Positions 1 to 8,585 of a DNA stretch of 48,479 nucleotides are shown in pieces (the stretch's first letter is position 1; every line of letters starts with the position of its first letter). A model generated the notes under the pieces. That model saw only the letters and a program-made list of their open reading frames with translations, was not told where the DNA came from and did no database searches. The position numbers and the translations under genes were made by a program. Source of the DNA: Alphaproteobacteria bacterium (GTDB taxonomy: Bacteria; Pseudomonadota; Alphaproteobacteria; RS24); contig CBFHPF010000001.1 in the NCBI GenBank assembly GCA_965657665.1, forward strand, positions 1 through 48,479, written 5' to 3'.

Positions 1-1865
1 CCGCATTGGTCGGTGAAATTTTTGCCTTTTTATGCGGCGATGACGGCATGATACCCGAGAGCTGGCTAGCCGAGCGCATTGAACGATGCGACCGCAGCGA
101 AGGCGATTTAGACACGCTATCAACAAGACTGGCGCATATCCGCACTTGGACCTATATTGCGCAGCGCAATGACTGGCTCGCAGACCCGGTGCATTGGCAA
201 GGGGTGAGCCGCGCCGTGGAAGACCGTTTGTCGGATGCGCTGCATATGAAACTGATGGGCCAGTTTGTTGATCGCAAAACATCGGCGCTGATGCGGCGAC
301 TGGTAGGAAAAGAGGAAATTGTGGCGGATATTGAAGCCAATGGCGATATTGTGATTGCCGGAGAATATATGGGCCGTTTGAGCGGCCTGCATGTCGAACG
401 CGACCCTCGCTTAAAAGGAGCGCCCGGCGGCACCGCCCGTGCGGCCGTTGAAAAAGCCGTCGGCGATGCCCTGCGCCAACGCGCCAACACCATTGCCATC
501 GCCGCTGATAGTGCCTTCTCATTGACCGAGCAAGGCGACATTGTCTGGGAAAATGCGATTATCGGCCATATTCAAATCGCCAGCGGACAAGGCACACAAG
601 ACAGCGACCGACTTGCCTATTTGGCGCCGGAAGCGATTTTGGCGGCCGATGAAACATTGACCGGCGAGACCCGCACCAAAGCCCAAGCCCGTCTGACCGA
701 CTGGCTGCGCTTGCAGGTCGCGCAACAGCTGGAACCGCTGAAAACCCTTCAAAATGCTGAGCTGTCTGGACTGGCTCGCGGTTTGGCATATCAATTATTG
801 GAAAATAAAGGCTGCTTGCCGCGCCGCGATATCGCCGACTTATTATCCAAGCTGGACCAAGATTTGCGCGCCACTTTGAGAAAATGCGGCGTCCGTTTCG
901 GTTTTTACCATGTCTTTATGCCAAGCCTTTTGAAGCCGGCACCGGCTCGGCTTTTGGCCCTGCTAAGCCTGATTGATGACAATATGCGACGCGCCCAGCG
1001 CGATGAAAAACCACGGCCTATTGGTGAAACCCTGGCTGCTTTGCCGGCCGCCGGTCTGACCTCGGCGCAACCCGAAAAATTACCCGGCTGGCTCTATCGC
1101 GCTGCCGGGTTTTACACCTGTAAAGCGCGGGTCATTCGCTTTGATATGCTGGAACGGCTGGCCGATATTATCCGCCCGCTGCTGAACGATAATCGCGAGG
1201 GTTTTGAAGCCAATGAAGCGATGATGTCGATTATGGGCTGCGGGGCTGAAGACTTGACGGAGATACTGACCGCCCTCGGCTATCAGGCACGCGAGGTTGA
1301 GCTCGCGCCACAAGCCGAGGCCAATACTGCCGAGACCAATACTGCCGAGACGAGTGGCGCAGAGACCGACCAAGCAGAACAACAGCCGATACAACAGCCG
1401 ATACAACAGACAATACAGGCGGCTGAACAAGTCGACGCCAATGCGGCTATCGAGCAAGAGACAGCTTTAGAAACAAGCCAAACGCCACCCGGGGATGCGC
1501 AAGCTGCTGAAAAGACTGAAGAGCCTGTTGCAGCATCTGTCGCAGCATCTGTCGCAGCATCTGCTGAAGAAAACATTGAAGAAAATGTTGAGGCAAATAC
1601 TGAAACAGCCATCGTAAAAACTTTGTGGCGGCCAACCCCGCGCGGACACAATGCGCGCAAAGCCCGTCAGGGCAAATCAAATGCCCGCCAAGGCAAGCAA
1701 AATGGCAGCCCGAACAACAAAGCCGGCAAGAAAACCAATGCGCGGAAAGCGACAAACGGGCCAAACGGCAAATCGCGTGGCCCGCGCCGACCGGCTGAGA
1801 AGCAAGCTGACCCGTCCTCTCCATTTGCCGTGTTGAAGCAATTACAAGAAAACGACGGAGCCTAA
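1..1865 (+). CDS. ATP-dependent helicase (SUV3/MgpS-like), C-terminal part; 5'-truncated by the window edge
   Basis: Frame is open from the window start. RLAHIRTWTY..DW, EDRLSDALH..L...FVDR, R.DMLERLAD and the terminal DP.SPFA.L motif are typical of the alphaproteobacterial helicase found upstream of hslR-fdxA-carD. Long low-complexity C-terminal tail. Confidence 0.8.
   Translation, partial: ALVGEIFAFLCGDDGMIPESWLAERIERCDRSEGDLDTLSTRLAHIRTWTYIAQRNDWLADPVHWQGVSRAVEDRLSDALHMKLMGQFVDRKTSALMRRLVGKEEIVADIEANGDIVIAGEYMGRLSGLHVERDPRLKGAPGGTARAAVEKAVGDALRQRANTIAIAADSAFSLTEQGDIVWENAIIGHIQIASGQGTQDSDRLAYLAPEAILAADETLTGETRTKAQARLTDWLRLQVAQQLEPLKTLQNAELSGLARGLAYQLLENKGCLPRRDIADLLSKLDQDLRATLRKCGVRFGFYHVFMPSLLKPAPARLLALLSLIDDNMRRAQRDEKPRPIGETLAALPAAGLTSAQPEKLPGWLYRAAGFYTCKARVIRFDMLERLADIIRPLLNDNREGFEANEAMMSIMGCGAEDLTEILTALGYQAREVELAPQAEANTAETNTAETSGAETDQAEQQPIQQPIQQTIQAAEQVDANAAIEQETALETSQTPPGDAQAAEKTEEPVAASVAASVAASAEENIEENVEANTETAIVKTLWRPTPRGHNARKARQGKSNARQGKQNGSPNNKAGKKTNARKATNGPNGKSRGPRRPAEKQADPSSPFAVLKQLQENDGA
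1321..1590 (+). repeat. Cluster of in-frame tandem repeats in the helicase tail
   Basis: ccaatactgccgaga x2 (1321-1350); acaacagccgat x2 plus a variant (1379-1414); gcagcatctgtc x2 plus a variant (1530-1565). Confidence 0.9.
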
Positions 1866-1868
1866 ACC

Positions 1869-2270
1869 GTGCCGCCATCCCCGCCTGCCACCATGCGCGT
1901 TGATAAATGGTTGTGGCATGCGCGGTTTTTCAAAACCCGCACGCTGGCCAGCAAATTGGCAGCGGCCGGCAATATTCGGGTTAATGGTCAAAAACAAAAC
2001 CGTGCTGCCGCCAGTGTGCGGGCCGGCGATGTCCTGACCTTCCCTCTTAATCAACATATTCGCGTCATCGAGATTGTCGCCTTGAGCATCCGCCGCGGCC
2101 CGGTCCCTGAAGCGCAAGCGCTATATATTGACCGCGACCCACCGCAACCGAAAAAACGGGCTGAGAAAATAATCGAAGGCGCGGCCTATCGCGACGCGGG
2201 CAGCGGTCGACCGACCAAAAAACAACGGCGCGCTGAGACTGATTTTACCGGCAAAGGGCGCATTGGCTAA
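1869..2270 (+). CDS. hslR: S4-domain RNA-binding protein (Hsp15/HslR); start may be ATG 1893
   Basis: MRVDKWLWHARFFKTR N-terminus and GRPTKK.RR C-terminal motif. Confidence 0.9.
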   Translation: MPPSPPATMRVDKWLWHARFFKTRTLASKLAAAGNIRVNGQKQNRAAASVRAGDVLTFPLNQHIRVIEIVALSIRRGPVPEAQALYIDRDPPQPKKRAEKIIEGAAYRDAGSGRPTKKQRRAETDFTGKGRIG

Positions 2271-2350
2271 ACCGGACTATCGGCGATGATGGCAGGATGC
2301 GACCAAAACAATCATTGCGCGGTTAAATTTAAGCAGTTAGACAGTTGCCC

Positions 2351-2806
2351 ATGTTAGACAAAATGAAATCAATGTTTGCTGAACCTGTGGCGGAAACCGC
2401 GGCACCACAATCAGACGAACTGCACATTGCCGCTGCTGCGCTTTTGGTGCGCGCCGCGCAAATTGACGGCGTCATGGACGCATCTGAAGAGAAATTACTG
2501 GCCCGCTTGGTCGGTCCGCATTTTGGCCTCGACGCCGATGCGGCCGGCACACTGATTGGTGAAGCCAAGCAAGCGGCCGAAAATGCCGGTGACTTGTTTC
2601 AATTTACCAATCACATAAACAAGCATTTTAGCGAGGCGCATAAACTAATGCTGGTCGAATTGCTGTGGCAAATCGTTTTGGCCGATGGCGTGATTGACGA
2701 TTTTGAGGCCAATTTGATGCGCCGTGTTGCCGGTCTGATTCATGTGACTGACCAGCAGGCCGGTCTGGCGCGCAAAAAAGCTGAAGCGGCCCTTTCAGGA
2801 GAGTAG
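2351..2806 (+). CDS. TerB-family protein
   Basis: [14 protein letters not shown]...E and [20 protein letters not shown] pattern. Confidence 0.85.
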   Translation: MLDKMKSMFAEPVAETAAPQSDELHIAAAALLVRAAQIDGVMDASEEKLLARLVGPHFGLDADAAGTLIGEAKQAAENAGDLFQFTNHINKHFSEAHKLMLVELLWQIVLADGVIDDFEANLMRRVAGLIHVTDQQAGLARKKAEAALSGE

Positions 2807-2811
2807 ACCCG

Positions 2812-3153
2812 ATGACCTATATCGTCACTGAAGACTGCATTAAGTGCAAATATACTGATTGCGTGGAAGTATGCCCGGTCGATTGCTTTTATGAAGGCGA
2901 TAATATGCTGGTTATCCACCCTGACGAATGCATTGATTGCGGCGTTTGCGAACCGGAATGTCCGGCCGATGCGATTAAGGCAGATACCGAAGACGGGCTG
3001 GAAAAATGGCTCGAGGTAAACACGAAATTCGCCGATATCTGGCCGAATATCACCATACGCAAAGACGCACCGGCCGATGCTGATGATTGGCTGCAAAAAG
3101 CCAATAAATTTGCCGAACATTTCTCAGAAAACCCGGGCACGGGCGACGGCTAA
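2812..3153 (+). CDS. fdxA: 7Fe/8Fe ferredoxin FdxA
   Basis: [26 protein letters not shown] and [12 protein letters not shown]; SD-like ggag upstream. Confidence 0.95.
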   Translation: MTYIVTEDCIKCKYTDCVEVCPVDCFYEGDNMLVIHPDECIDCGVCEPECPADAIKADTEDGLEKWLEVNTKFADIWPNITIRKDAPADADDWLQKANKFAEHFSENPGTGDG

Positions 3154-3173
3154 ACGGGTTTCGGGCCAAGCGT

Positions 3174-3202
3174 TTGAATTGGCTGGATTTTTGTGATATA
3201 CT
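3174..3202 (+). promoter_or_regulatory. Near-consensus sigma70 promoter of carD with extended -10
   Basis: TTGAAT(3174-3179)-17 nt-TATACT(3197-3202), with TG at 3194-3195 and a T-rich spacer. Confidence 0.7.
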
Positions 3203-3308
3203 CCGCATATACGGAGATGATACGCCGTTTTTCCGGTGATTTTAACCAAGTGTAAGCGTTCAATGCATGCCTTGAATGGCGAGTTAGCATTGAGGACAGG
3301 AGCATTTT

Positions 3309-4049
3309 ATGGCAACAGCGAAGAAACCTGCGCCTAAGAAAACCGCAGCCAAAAAGCCGGCTGCGAAAAAAACCGCGGCCAAGAAACCGGTTGCGAAAAA
3401 AGCACCTGCCAAAAAACCGACGGCTAAAACAACTGCGAAAAAGCCTGCGCCTAAGAAAGCCGCAACGGCCAAAAAGCCGGCCACCAAAGCGGCCGTTAAG
3501 GAAGCCGTGACACGTCGTTCAGCGCTTGGTTTTCGGATTAATGAACATGTTGTTTATCCGGCCCATGGCGTCGGTCAAATCACTGAAATTGCCAAGCAAG
3601 AAATCGCCGGCATGAGGCTGGAATTATTCGTCGTTAATTTTGAAAAAGAAAAAATGGTCCTGCGCGTGCCGCTGGAAAAAGCCAAGCAAATCGGCATGCG
3701 CAAGCTGGCCGACAATAAAGTCATGGATGGGGCGATTAAAACGCTAAAAGGCCGCGCCCGTGTTAAACGCACCATGTGGTCACGCCGCGCGCAAGAATAT
3801 GAAGCGAAAATTAACAGTGGCGACCTTATCGCCATTGCCGAGGTGGTGCGCGACTTGTTCCGTAATGAAAACCAGCCCGAGCAAAGCTATTCAGAGCGCC
3901 AGCTTTATGAAGCAGCGCTTGAGCGCATGGCCCGCGAAGTGGCAACAGTTGAAAAAACCACTGAGGATGCGGCGATTGTGAAGCTTGAGGCCATTTTGGC
4001 CAAGACCACCGGCGGCGCGCGTCGTCAACCCGGTTCAGACGCTGCCTAA
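3309..4049 (+). CDS. carD: CarD/CdnL transcription factor with a Lys/Ala/Pro-rich N-terminal extension
   Basis: VVYPAHGVG and MWSRRAQEYEAKINSG..QSYSERQLYE motifs; first ~65 aa are KKPAAKK-type repeats; SD aggag. Confidence 0.95.
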   Translation: MATAKKPAPKKTAAKKPAAKKTAAKKPVAKKAPAKKPTAKTTAKKPAPKKAATAKKPATKAAVKEAVTRRSALGFRINEHVVYPAHGVGQITEIAKQEIAGMRLELFVVNFEKEKMVLRVPLEKAKQIGMRKLADNKVMDGAIKTLKGRARVKRTMWSRRAQEYEAKINSGDLIAIAEVVRDLFRNENQPEQSYSERQLYEAALERMAREVATVEKTTEDAAIVKLEAILAKTTGGARRQPGSDAA

Positions 4050-4123
4050 AAACTTGTAAAAAACGGCAATATGCCGTGAACCGATTTTGCCTTGTCTGCG
4101 TATCTTCTATGGAGGTGCTTAAC

Positions 4124-5017
4124 ATGGCCCATATCGACACACGCGAAACAGTTCAATCAGGACGCAATTTCATCAAAAAAGCGATGAAGCTGCCTATGCT
4201 CGAGGTAGAGCATGAGCAAAATCTGGCCCGCCGATGGAAGGACAAGCGCGATGAAAAAGCCATGCATGAGCTGACATCAGCCCATGTGCGCCTGGTCGTG
4301 GCCATTGCCGCCAAATTCAGAAATTACGGTCTGCCAATGGGCGATTTGGTGCAAGAGGGCAATATTGGCCTGATGCAAGCCGCCGAGAGGTTTGACCCGG
4401 ATCGCGAAGTGCGTTTTTCAACCTATGCCGGCTGGTGGATTCGCTCGCAAATCCAAGATTATGTCTTGCGTAATTGGTCGATTGTCCGGACCGGCACAAC
4501 CTCCGCGCAAAAATCGCTGTTCTTCAATATGCGTCGTCTGCGTGCCCGCATTAATGATATCGGCGCCACTATGACACAAGAAAGCCGCCATTACGTTTCG
4601 CGTGAATTGGGCGTGCGCATGGAAGATGTCGTCGCCATGGAAGGCCGCATGGAGGCTAATGACCGCTCGCTCAATGCGACGATTTCCGACCGCTCCAGCG
4701 ATGGCGGCGTGACGGAATGGCAAGATTTTCTGGTTTGCGACCGCGCCCTGCCGGATGCAACCGCCTCAAATCGCCTCGACAGCAAGCAAAAAGTAAACTG
4801 GATTGCCGAGGCATTGACCGAATTAAACGAACGGGAGATGACCATTATTCGGGCCCGCCGTTTGGCTGAAGAAACCGTGACTTTGGAAAATCTTGGTAAG
4901 AAGTTGGGTATTTCAAAAGAGCGAGTGCGCCAGATTGAGCATGAAGCGCTTGGTAAATTGCGCGGTTCCCTAATGGCCAAAACCAATGGTGACCCGCATA
5001 ATGCCGGTCTTTTATAG
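4124..5017 (+). CDS. rpoH2: RNA polymerase sigma-32 family factor (RpoH2-type)
   Basis: DLVQEGNIGLMQAAERFDP..FSTYAGWWIR, RpoH box variant AQKSLFFNMRR, ISKERVRQIE; SD ggagg at 4111-4115 favours ATG 4124; sits next to carD. Confidence 0.85.
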   Translation: MAHIDTRETVQSGRNFIKKAMKLPMLEVEHEQNLARRWKDKRDEKAMHELTSAHVRLVVAIAAKFRNYGLPMGDLVQEGNIGLMQAAERFDPDREVRFSTYAGWWIRSQIQDYVLRNWSIVRTGTTSAQKSLFFNMRRLRARINDIGATMTQESRHYVSRELGVRMEDVVAMEGRMEANDRSLNATISDRSSDGGVTEWQDFLVCDRALPDATASNRLDSKQKVNWIAEALTELNEREMTIIRARRLAEETVTLENLGKKLGISKERVRQIEHEALGKLRGSLMAKTNGDPHNAGLL

Positions 5018-5029
5018 GCCCATTTATCG

Positions 5030-6481
5030 CTAGCCGCTGACCAGCTTGACCTGCTGCCCTATCTGCAGGCCGTCCTTCGGCCCAAGGTTATTGAGCACGC
5101 GGAAAAGTTTTTCCTTATCGGCAATAGCACCCTTCATTTGCCGCGACAGGCCATACACCGTGTCGCCCTTTTCTACCGTAACGATGTTTAGCCGATAAGG
5201 CCGAATGCTTGCCGCTTCTTGCGGACTGAGAAAATCAATGCGCCGCACCAGACTGGCCATGGCTGCGCGCGCGGCGCTTTCTTGTCCGGCCGGTGCCAGC
5301 ACCCCGAAACGCAAAAACCGATCCTCGCTCTCAACAATAGCCAACAGCACCGCAATGCCGCCATCTTGTTGCATCACGGCCATTGCCGCCTCACGACCAC
5401 CAATGGTCAGTTTACGCATATCCGTCAGACGATTATTGGCCGCCCAGCCGCCTTGCAAATAATCATCGGCCGGTTCAATGGCCACGCGCTCATCGAGATC
5501 AAAAATAATCTGAACTTTGTTTTTATGTGCCGCCGTAACCCGCGTGGCGCCGTTTGACAGGCGAAAGCCCGGCGGCACGGTAAACCGCATAGCCAAATCG
5601 GCGTGGGCGAATTGACGGTCGCGAATAATCCCTTGGCTCGGATTGTCGCCATAAACCATGCCGTCAATCGCCGCCAAATGGCGCAACCGTCCGACCAGCG
5701 GTTCACCTTTCACATTGAGGCGGGCCGCGCGGGCTTTATCACGCGCTTTGCTGACCCGCTCTTTGCTATTGGGGTGGGTCGAAAACCAACCGGCTTTAGC
5801 GGTTTTACCGCCGCTTTGATATTTACTGAAAGCGGCTAGTGAGGCCAGCAAATCGGCCTGCGCTTGCGGCTGATAACCGGCCCGCGCCATGGCTTTGATG
5901 CCAAGATTGTCGGCCTCATATTCATTATCGCGGCTATAACCGGCCAAAATTGCATGGCCGCCGACCGACAGCACATCGCCCGCGGCGCGCGCATTCACTC
6001 CGGTCGTGATATTGAGAAAAATACCGGCAATGCCCGCCGCCACCGCCGTTCCAACAGCCGCGCTATGACGCTTGGCCCCGTGCCGCGCCGTCACATGGGC
6101 AATTTCATGGCCGATGACGCCGGCCAGTTCAGCTTCATTATCGGCAAGTGCCAATAGGCCGCGCGTGACATAGGTATAACCGCCGGGCAGCGCAAACGCG
6201 TTGACGACCGGCGTGTCGAGCACGGTGATGGTGTATTGCATATCCGGCTTGTCAGAATAACGCCCGATTTTGCCCATAATATTTTCGATATAGGCGGTAA
6301 CTTTCGGGTCGTTATAAATGCCGCCATATTCACGAATAATTTGCGGATGTTGTTCGGCCCCTATTTTCGCCTCATCGGCCTCGCTCATCAGTGTAGCGCC
6401 GCCGCAGCCGCTCAAAGCCGGCCCCAAACACAACACCAACCATAACGATAATCTTGAAAACAATTTTTTTGGTTTTTGCAT
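5030..6481 (-). CDS. M48-family Zn metalloprotease lipoprotein with C-terminal LysM-like domain
   Basis: Lipobox ALSGC; NAFALPGG, GHEIAH (HExxH), YSRDNEYEAD, STHP; C-terminal VTVEKGDT...LQIGQQVKLV. Start codon uncertain. Confidence 0.88.
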   Translation of the reverse strand: MQKPKKLFSRLSLWLVLCLGPALSGCGGATLMSEADEAKIGAEQHPQIIREYGGIYNDPKVTAYIENIMGKIGRYSDKPDMQYTITVLDTPVVNAFALPGGYTYVTRGLLALADNEAELAGVIGHEIAHVTARHGAKRHSAAVGTAVAAGIAGIFLNITTGVNARAAGDVLSVGGHAILAGYSRDNEYEADNLGIKAMARAGYQPQAQADLLASLAAFSKYQSGGKTAKAGWFSTHPNSKERVSKARDKARAARLNVKGEPLVGRLRHLAAIDGMVYGDNPSQGIIRDRQFAHADLAMRFTVPPGFRLSNGATRVTAAHKNKVQIIFDLDERVAIEPADDYLQGGWAANNRLTDMRKLTIGGREAAMAVMQQDGGIAVLLAIVESEDRFLRFGVLAPAGQESAARAAMASLVRRIDFLSPQEAASIRPYRLNIVTVEKGDTVYGLSRQMKGAIADKEKLFRVLNNLGPKDGLQIGQQVKLVSG

Positions 6482-6525
6482 CTTACCAACTGACCTGTTT
6501 CGTCTCATATGGTCAAGAGACAGCT

Positions 6526-6565
6526 TTTTGACAAGACTACTCTGCTTTTGACAAGACTGCTCTGC
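6526..6565. repeat. 20-bp tandem duplication containing TTGACA
   Basis: ttttgacaagactactctgc / ttttgacaagactgctctgc. Confidence 0.85.
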
Positions 6566-6613
6566 GCCAAACACTGGACGAATAGCTTAGCCGCGGTTAG
6601 TTTTCGGTTAAGT

Positions 6614-6690
6614 GGTCCCGTAGCTCAGTTGGATAGAGCACCAGATTCCTAATCTGGGGGCCGGTGGTTCGAATCCACCCGGGATCACCA
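6614..6690 (+). tRNA. tRNA-Arg (anticodon CCT)
   Basis: Acceptor GGTCCCG/CGGGATC-A-CCA, D arm TAGCTCAGTTGGATAGAGC, anticodon arm CCAGA-TTCCTAA-TCTGG, T loop GGTTCGAATCC; 77 nt. Confidence 0.97.
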
Positions 6691-6713
6691 TAAATTCTCT
6701 AAAGCTAATCGGC

Positions 6714-7208
6714 TTAGAATCGATAAATCGTGCCAAAGCTCAGCCGGTCGGTTGAAGCACCATCAATATCGGTCTCAACATATTCAAACCGAAGCGAACT
6801 GTTATAATTCAGCGTGAAATCGGCACCCAGCCCAAAGATAAGTCCGTCTTTTTCTTCATCATAGGGATTATCGACATTATGCAATTTTGCGTCACCGCGC
6901 GCCAAACCGAGGCGCAAAAACGGCTCAAAGCCCTCACCGGGCGAGCGCAATACACCGGATAAAGACATCACCGAAGCGTTATAATCTTTATTGTTGACTT
7001 CCACGGTCGACAAAGAAGTATAGGCAAACTCAATGGACAAAAGCGGGTCAAACTGACCACCGGCAAAAAAAGTGAAGCCTTGGCTGTCCAATTCATTTGC
7101 GCCGTCCTCATAAGACATCAGACCGCCGCTCAGCCCGATATAGTTTTGCGCTGCCGCCGGCGCGACCACAAACGCACTCAAAAACGCGGCAAGAATAAGC
7201 TGTTTCAT
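6714..7208 (-). CDS. Small outer-membrane beta-barrel protein (OmpA-like membrane domain)
   Basis: Signal peptide MKQLILAAFLSAFVVAPAAA, alternating amphipathic strands, C-terminal YRF beta-signal; SD ggag. Confidence 0.8.
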   Translation of the reverse strand: MKQLILAAFLSAFVVAPAAAQNYIGLSGGLMSYEDGANELDSQGFTFFAGGQFDPLLSIEFAYTSLSTVEVNNKDYNASVMSLSGVLRSPGEGFEPFLRLGLARGDAKLHNVDNPYDEEKDGLIFGLGADFTLNYNSSLRFEYVETDIDGASTDRLSFGTIYRF

Positions 7209-7291
7209 CACAGGCTCCGTCAACTGATTCGTTTCATTGATTCTGAAGCCAAACCGAACAAAAAGCCAGAAGCAATATCTGGCAGCTTTCA

Positions 7292-7375
7292 GCGCCGCTT
7301 GGCGCGGCGGCTCCTATATTTCTTGCGCCGCTTGGCGCGACGGCTCCTATATTTCTTGCGCCGCTTGGCGCGGCG
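7292..7375. repeat. 33-bp tandem repeat x2.5 in a divergent promoter region
   Basis: gcgccgcttggcgcg(g/a)cggctcctatatttctt at 7292 and 7325, partial at 7358; each copy holds the palindrome GCGCC-N4-GGCGC. Confidence 0.92.
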
Positions 7376-7392
7376 ACAAATGCGCCCTATAT
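7364..7392 (+). promoter_or_regulatory. Alphaproteobacterial RpoD/RpoH-type promoter, probably giving a leaderless mRNA
   Basis: CTTGGC-17 nt-CTATAT ending 7 nt before ATG 7400; no SD. Confidence 0.55.
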
Positions 7393-7399
7393 CTCGTCC

Positions 7400-8041
7400 A
7401 TGACCGATACGCCATTTGATCAAAAACCGCAGCCGCTATCATCCGATGAAAAGCGCAAAGGCCCGCCCCTATTGTCTTGTTATGATGATTTAGCGGCCTC
7501 GCGCGATTATGCCTGGGCCATGTTGGCGCGCGGCGTAAAAGACCGCAAAAGCGCCTTTCATACGCCCAGCGTCGCCACCATTACCGCCGCCAATGCGCCG
7601 ACCATTCGCACAGTTGTTTTGCGCGGCTGCGATGAAGCTGCCGGTTGGCTGCGCTTTCATACCGATACGCGGTCCGGCAAAATTGCTGAATTAAAACAAA
7701 ACCCGCTCGCGGCGATGCATTTTTATGATGCGCAAATTAAAATTCAATTGCGCCTCAGTGTCACCCTCACAATGCTGGACGGCGAGAATTATGATGCCGC
7801 TTGGCAGGCCACCCGCCCAATGAGCCGCGAGTGCTATCAAGTCACCGCCGCCCCGGGCAGCCCATTGGATGACCCTTATGCAGTTGATTTTGATGCGACG
7901 GCCACCAATGATGGCGAAGACCATTTCGTGCCGGTGCGCGCTACAGTGAACACGATTGAATGGCTTTATTTGGCGGCGCGCGGGCATCGCCGCGCCCTGT
8001 TTGATTTACAAAATGACACAATGAGCTGGCTGGTTCCCTAG
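7400..8041 (+). CDS. Pyridoxamine 5'-phosphate oxidase-like FMN-binding protein
   Basis: RTVVLR, FHTDTRSGK, QLRL and EWLYL...GHRR motifs. Confidence 0.85.
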   Translation: MTDTPFDQKPQPLSSDEKRKGPPLLSCYDDLAASRDYAWAMLARGVKDRKSAFHTPSVATITAANAPTIRTVVLRGCDEAAGWLRFHTDTRSGKIAELKQNPLAAMHFYDAQIKIQLRLSVTLTMLDGENYDAAWQATRPMSRECYQVTAAPGSPLDDPYAVDFDATATNDGEDHFVPVRATVNTIEWLYLAARGHRRALFDLQNDTMSWLVP

Positions 8042-8046
8042 CTGCT

Positions 8047-8091
8047 TGCGACAGCTTGGCGCTTGGCAGATAAAGCCAAACCGCTTATATC
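8047..8091 (+). promoter_or_regulatory. Putative RegA/PrrA box abutting a sigma70 promoter of the cytochrome c gene
   Basis: T-GCGAC-AGCTT-GGCGC (8047-8062), then TTGGCA(8063-8068)-17 nt-TATATC(8086-8091). Confidence 0.5.
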
Positions 8092-8117
8092 AGCAATGAA
8101 ACAAAAGGAGCAACGCC

Positions 8118-8495
8118 ATGCGCAAAATTCTTCTGACCCTCGCCGCCACTGCTTTCATCAGCACGCCCGCCATTGCCGGTGATGCCGAAAAAGGGGCGAA
8201 AGTTTATAAAAAATGCGTCTCGTGCCACATGATTGGCGATAAGGCCAAAAACCGTGTCGGCCCGCAATTGAACGGCATTGTCGGTCGCGCCATCGGCTCG
8301 ATTGACGGCTATAAATATTCCAAGGCGATGGTTAAATATGCCGCTGCCGAAAAAGTTTGGAATGAAGAAAACTTGGCTGCTTATTTGCAAAGCCCGCGCA
8401 AAGTCGTCAAAGGCGGCCGCATGGCTTTCGCCGGTCTGCGTAAACAAAAAGACCGTGACAATATTATTGCTTATCTGAAACAAGCCGCAAAATAA
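8118..8495 (+). CDS. cycA: Soluble periplasmic cytochrome c2
   Basis: Signal peptide, GDAEKG, CVSCH heme motif, VGPQLNG, axial Met in GRMAFAG; SD aaggag. Confidence 0.9.
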   Translation: MRKILLTLAATAFISTPAIAGDAEKGAKVYKKCVSCHMIGDKAKNRVGPQLNGIVGRAIGSIDGYKYSKAMVKYAAAEKVWNEENLAAYLQSPRKVVKGGRMAFAGLRKQKDRDNIIAYLKQAAK

Positions 8496-8522
8496 GCGCG
8501 CTTTAAAGCTGTGCTAAACATG

Positions 8523-8562
8523 AAAAAAGCAGTCATCGCATGCGATGACTGCTTTATTTTTT
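8523..8562. terminator. Bidirectional intrinsic terminator formed by a perfect 30-bp palindrome
   Basis: aaagcagtcatcgca|tgcgatgactgcttt (8526-8555), flanked by A and T tracts, between the convergent cycA and thiolase genes. Confidence 0.85.
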
Positions 8563-8585
8563 GCTGCAATAAATGCGTTAAGCGC

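Noticed and set aside
2351-2806. ter tellurite/phage-resistance island
   Set aside because: A single TerB-domain gene with no terA/C/D/Z neighbours.
3203-3308. Riboswitch in the ~100-nt carD leader
   Set aside because: Only short weak hairpins and superficial similarity to fluoride or SAM-II motifs; the required stems are missing.
3284-3487. Hydrophobic 67-aa antisense ORF resembling a membrane peptide or toxin
   Set aside because: It is the reverse-complement shadow of the Lys/Ala/Pro repeats of carD.
7292-7375. 33-bp repeats as a mini CRISPR array
   Set aside because: Copies are directly adjacent with no unique spacers, and there are no cas genes in the window.
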